This document shows, piece after piece, positions 63,320 to 64,000 of a stretch of 64,000 nt of DNA. The stretch covers positions 46,874,001-46,938,000 of the forward strand of contig CM059432.1 of the NCBI GenBank assembly GCA_030390025.1, given 5' to 3'. The position numbers were made by a program, and so were the translations under genes. The DNA comes from Squalus acanthias. Lineage: Eukaryota. Under the pieces are notes generated by a model, which saw only the letters and a program-made list of their open reading frames with translations, had not been told where the DNA came from and did not search any database. The first letter of the stretch is position 1, and every line of letters starts with the position of its first letter.

Positions 63320-64000
63320 TCATAGAATGATATAGCACAGAAGGAGACCATTTGCCCATCCTGCCTGTGTTGGCTCTTTTAAAGAGCTATTCAATTAATC
63401 CCATTCCCCTGTTCTTCCCCAACAGCCCTGCAAATTTTGCCTCTTCAAGTATTTATCTAATTGCCTTTGAAAGTTATTACTGAATCTGCTTCCACCACCC
63501 TTTCAGACAGTACATTCCAGAACATAACAACTTGTTGCGTAAAAGAAATTCTCCTCATCTCACCTCTGGCTCTTTTGCCAATTACCTTCAATCTGCGTAC
63601 TCTGGTTACCGATCCTTCTGCCAGTAGACAGTTTCTCCTTATTTACTCTATCAAAACCCTTTATGATTTTGAACACCTCTTTTAAATCTCCCCTTAACCT
63701 TCTCTGCTCTAAGGAGAACAACCCCAGCTTCTCTAGTCTCTCCACATAACTGAAGTCTCATATCCCTGGTACCATTCTAGTAGATTTCCTCTGTACCCTC
63801 TCAAAGGCCTTGACATCTGGTGCCCAGAACTGGACACAATACTCCAGCTGGGGACTAACCAGTGATTTATAAAGTTTAGCATAACTTCCTTGCTTTTGTA
63901 CTCTATGCCTCTGTTTATAAAGCCAAGAACACTGTATGCTTTTTAACAGACTTCTCAATTTGTCCTGCCACCTTCAGAGATTTGTGTACACACACCCCCC
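63320..64000 (-). mobile_element. CR1 3' fragment (runs off the window)
   Basis: [22 protein letters not shown]. Confidence 0.88.

Overview
This is eukaryotic, repeat-dense DNA. The repeat families (CR1 and L2 LINEs, Penelope-like GIY-YIG retroelements, DeuSINE-type tRNA SINEs, PIF/Harbinger transposons and their MITEs) suggest a cartilaginous fish; that is an inference. Most ORFs in the track are transposon fragments or antisense shadows. I reconstructed by hand one host gene that the ORF track misses: a 4-exon minus-strand gene (54100 to 23164) encoding a 93-aa protein I do not recognise, behind a CpG-rich promoter with an RFX X-box. Other highlights: (i) a five-layer nest at 4586-19229 (MITE > Penelope > CR1 > Harbinger > CR1); (ii) a two-gene Harbinger (HARBI1-like transposase plus spliced Myb/SANT gene) inserted into the DKGY catalytic motif of another Harbinger, with matching MITEs elsewhere in the window; (iii) about 11 minimal hammerhead-ribozyme motifs from two Penelope families, several in TSD-flanked fold-back insertions and one in a ~98-bp ribozyme-only insertion. 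Coordinates were counted by hand and may be off by a few bases. No database search was run.
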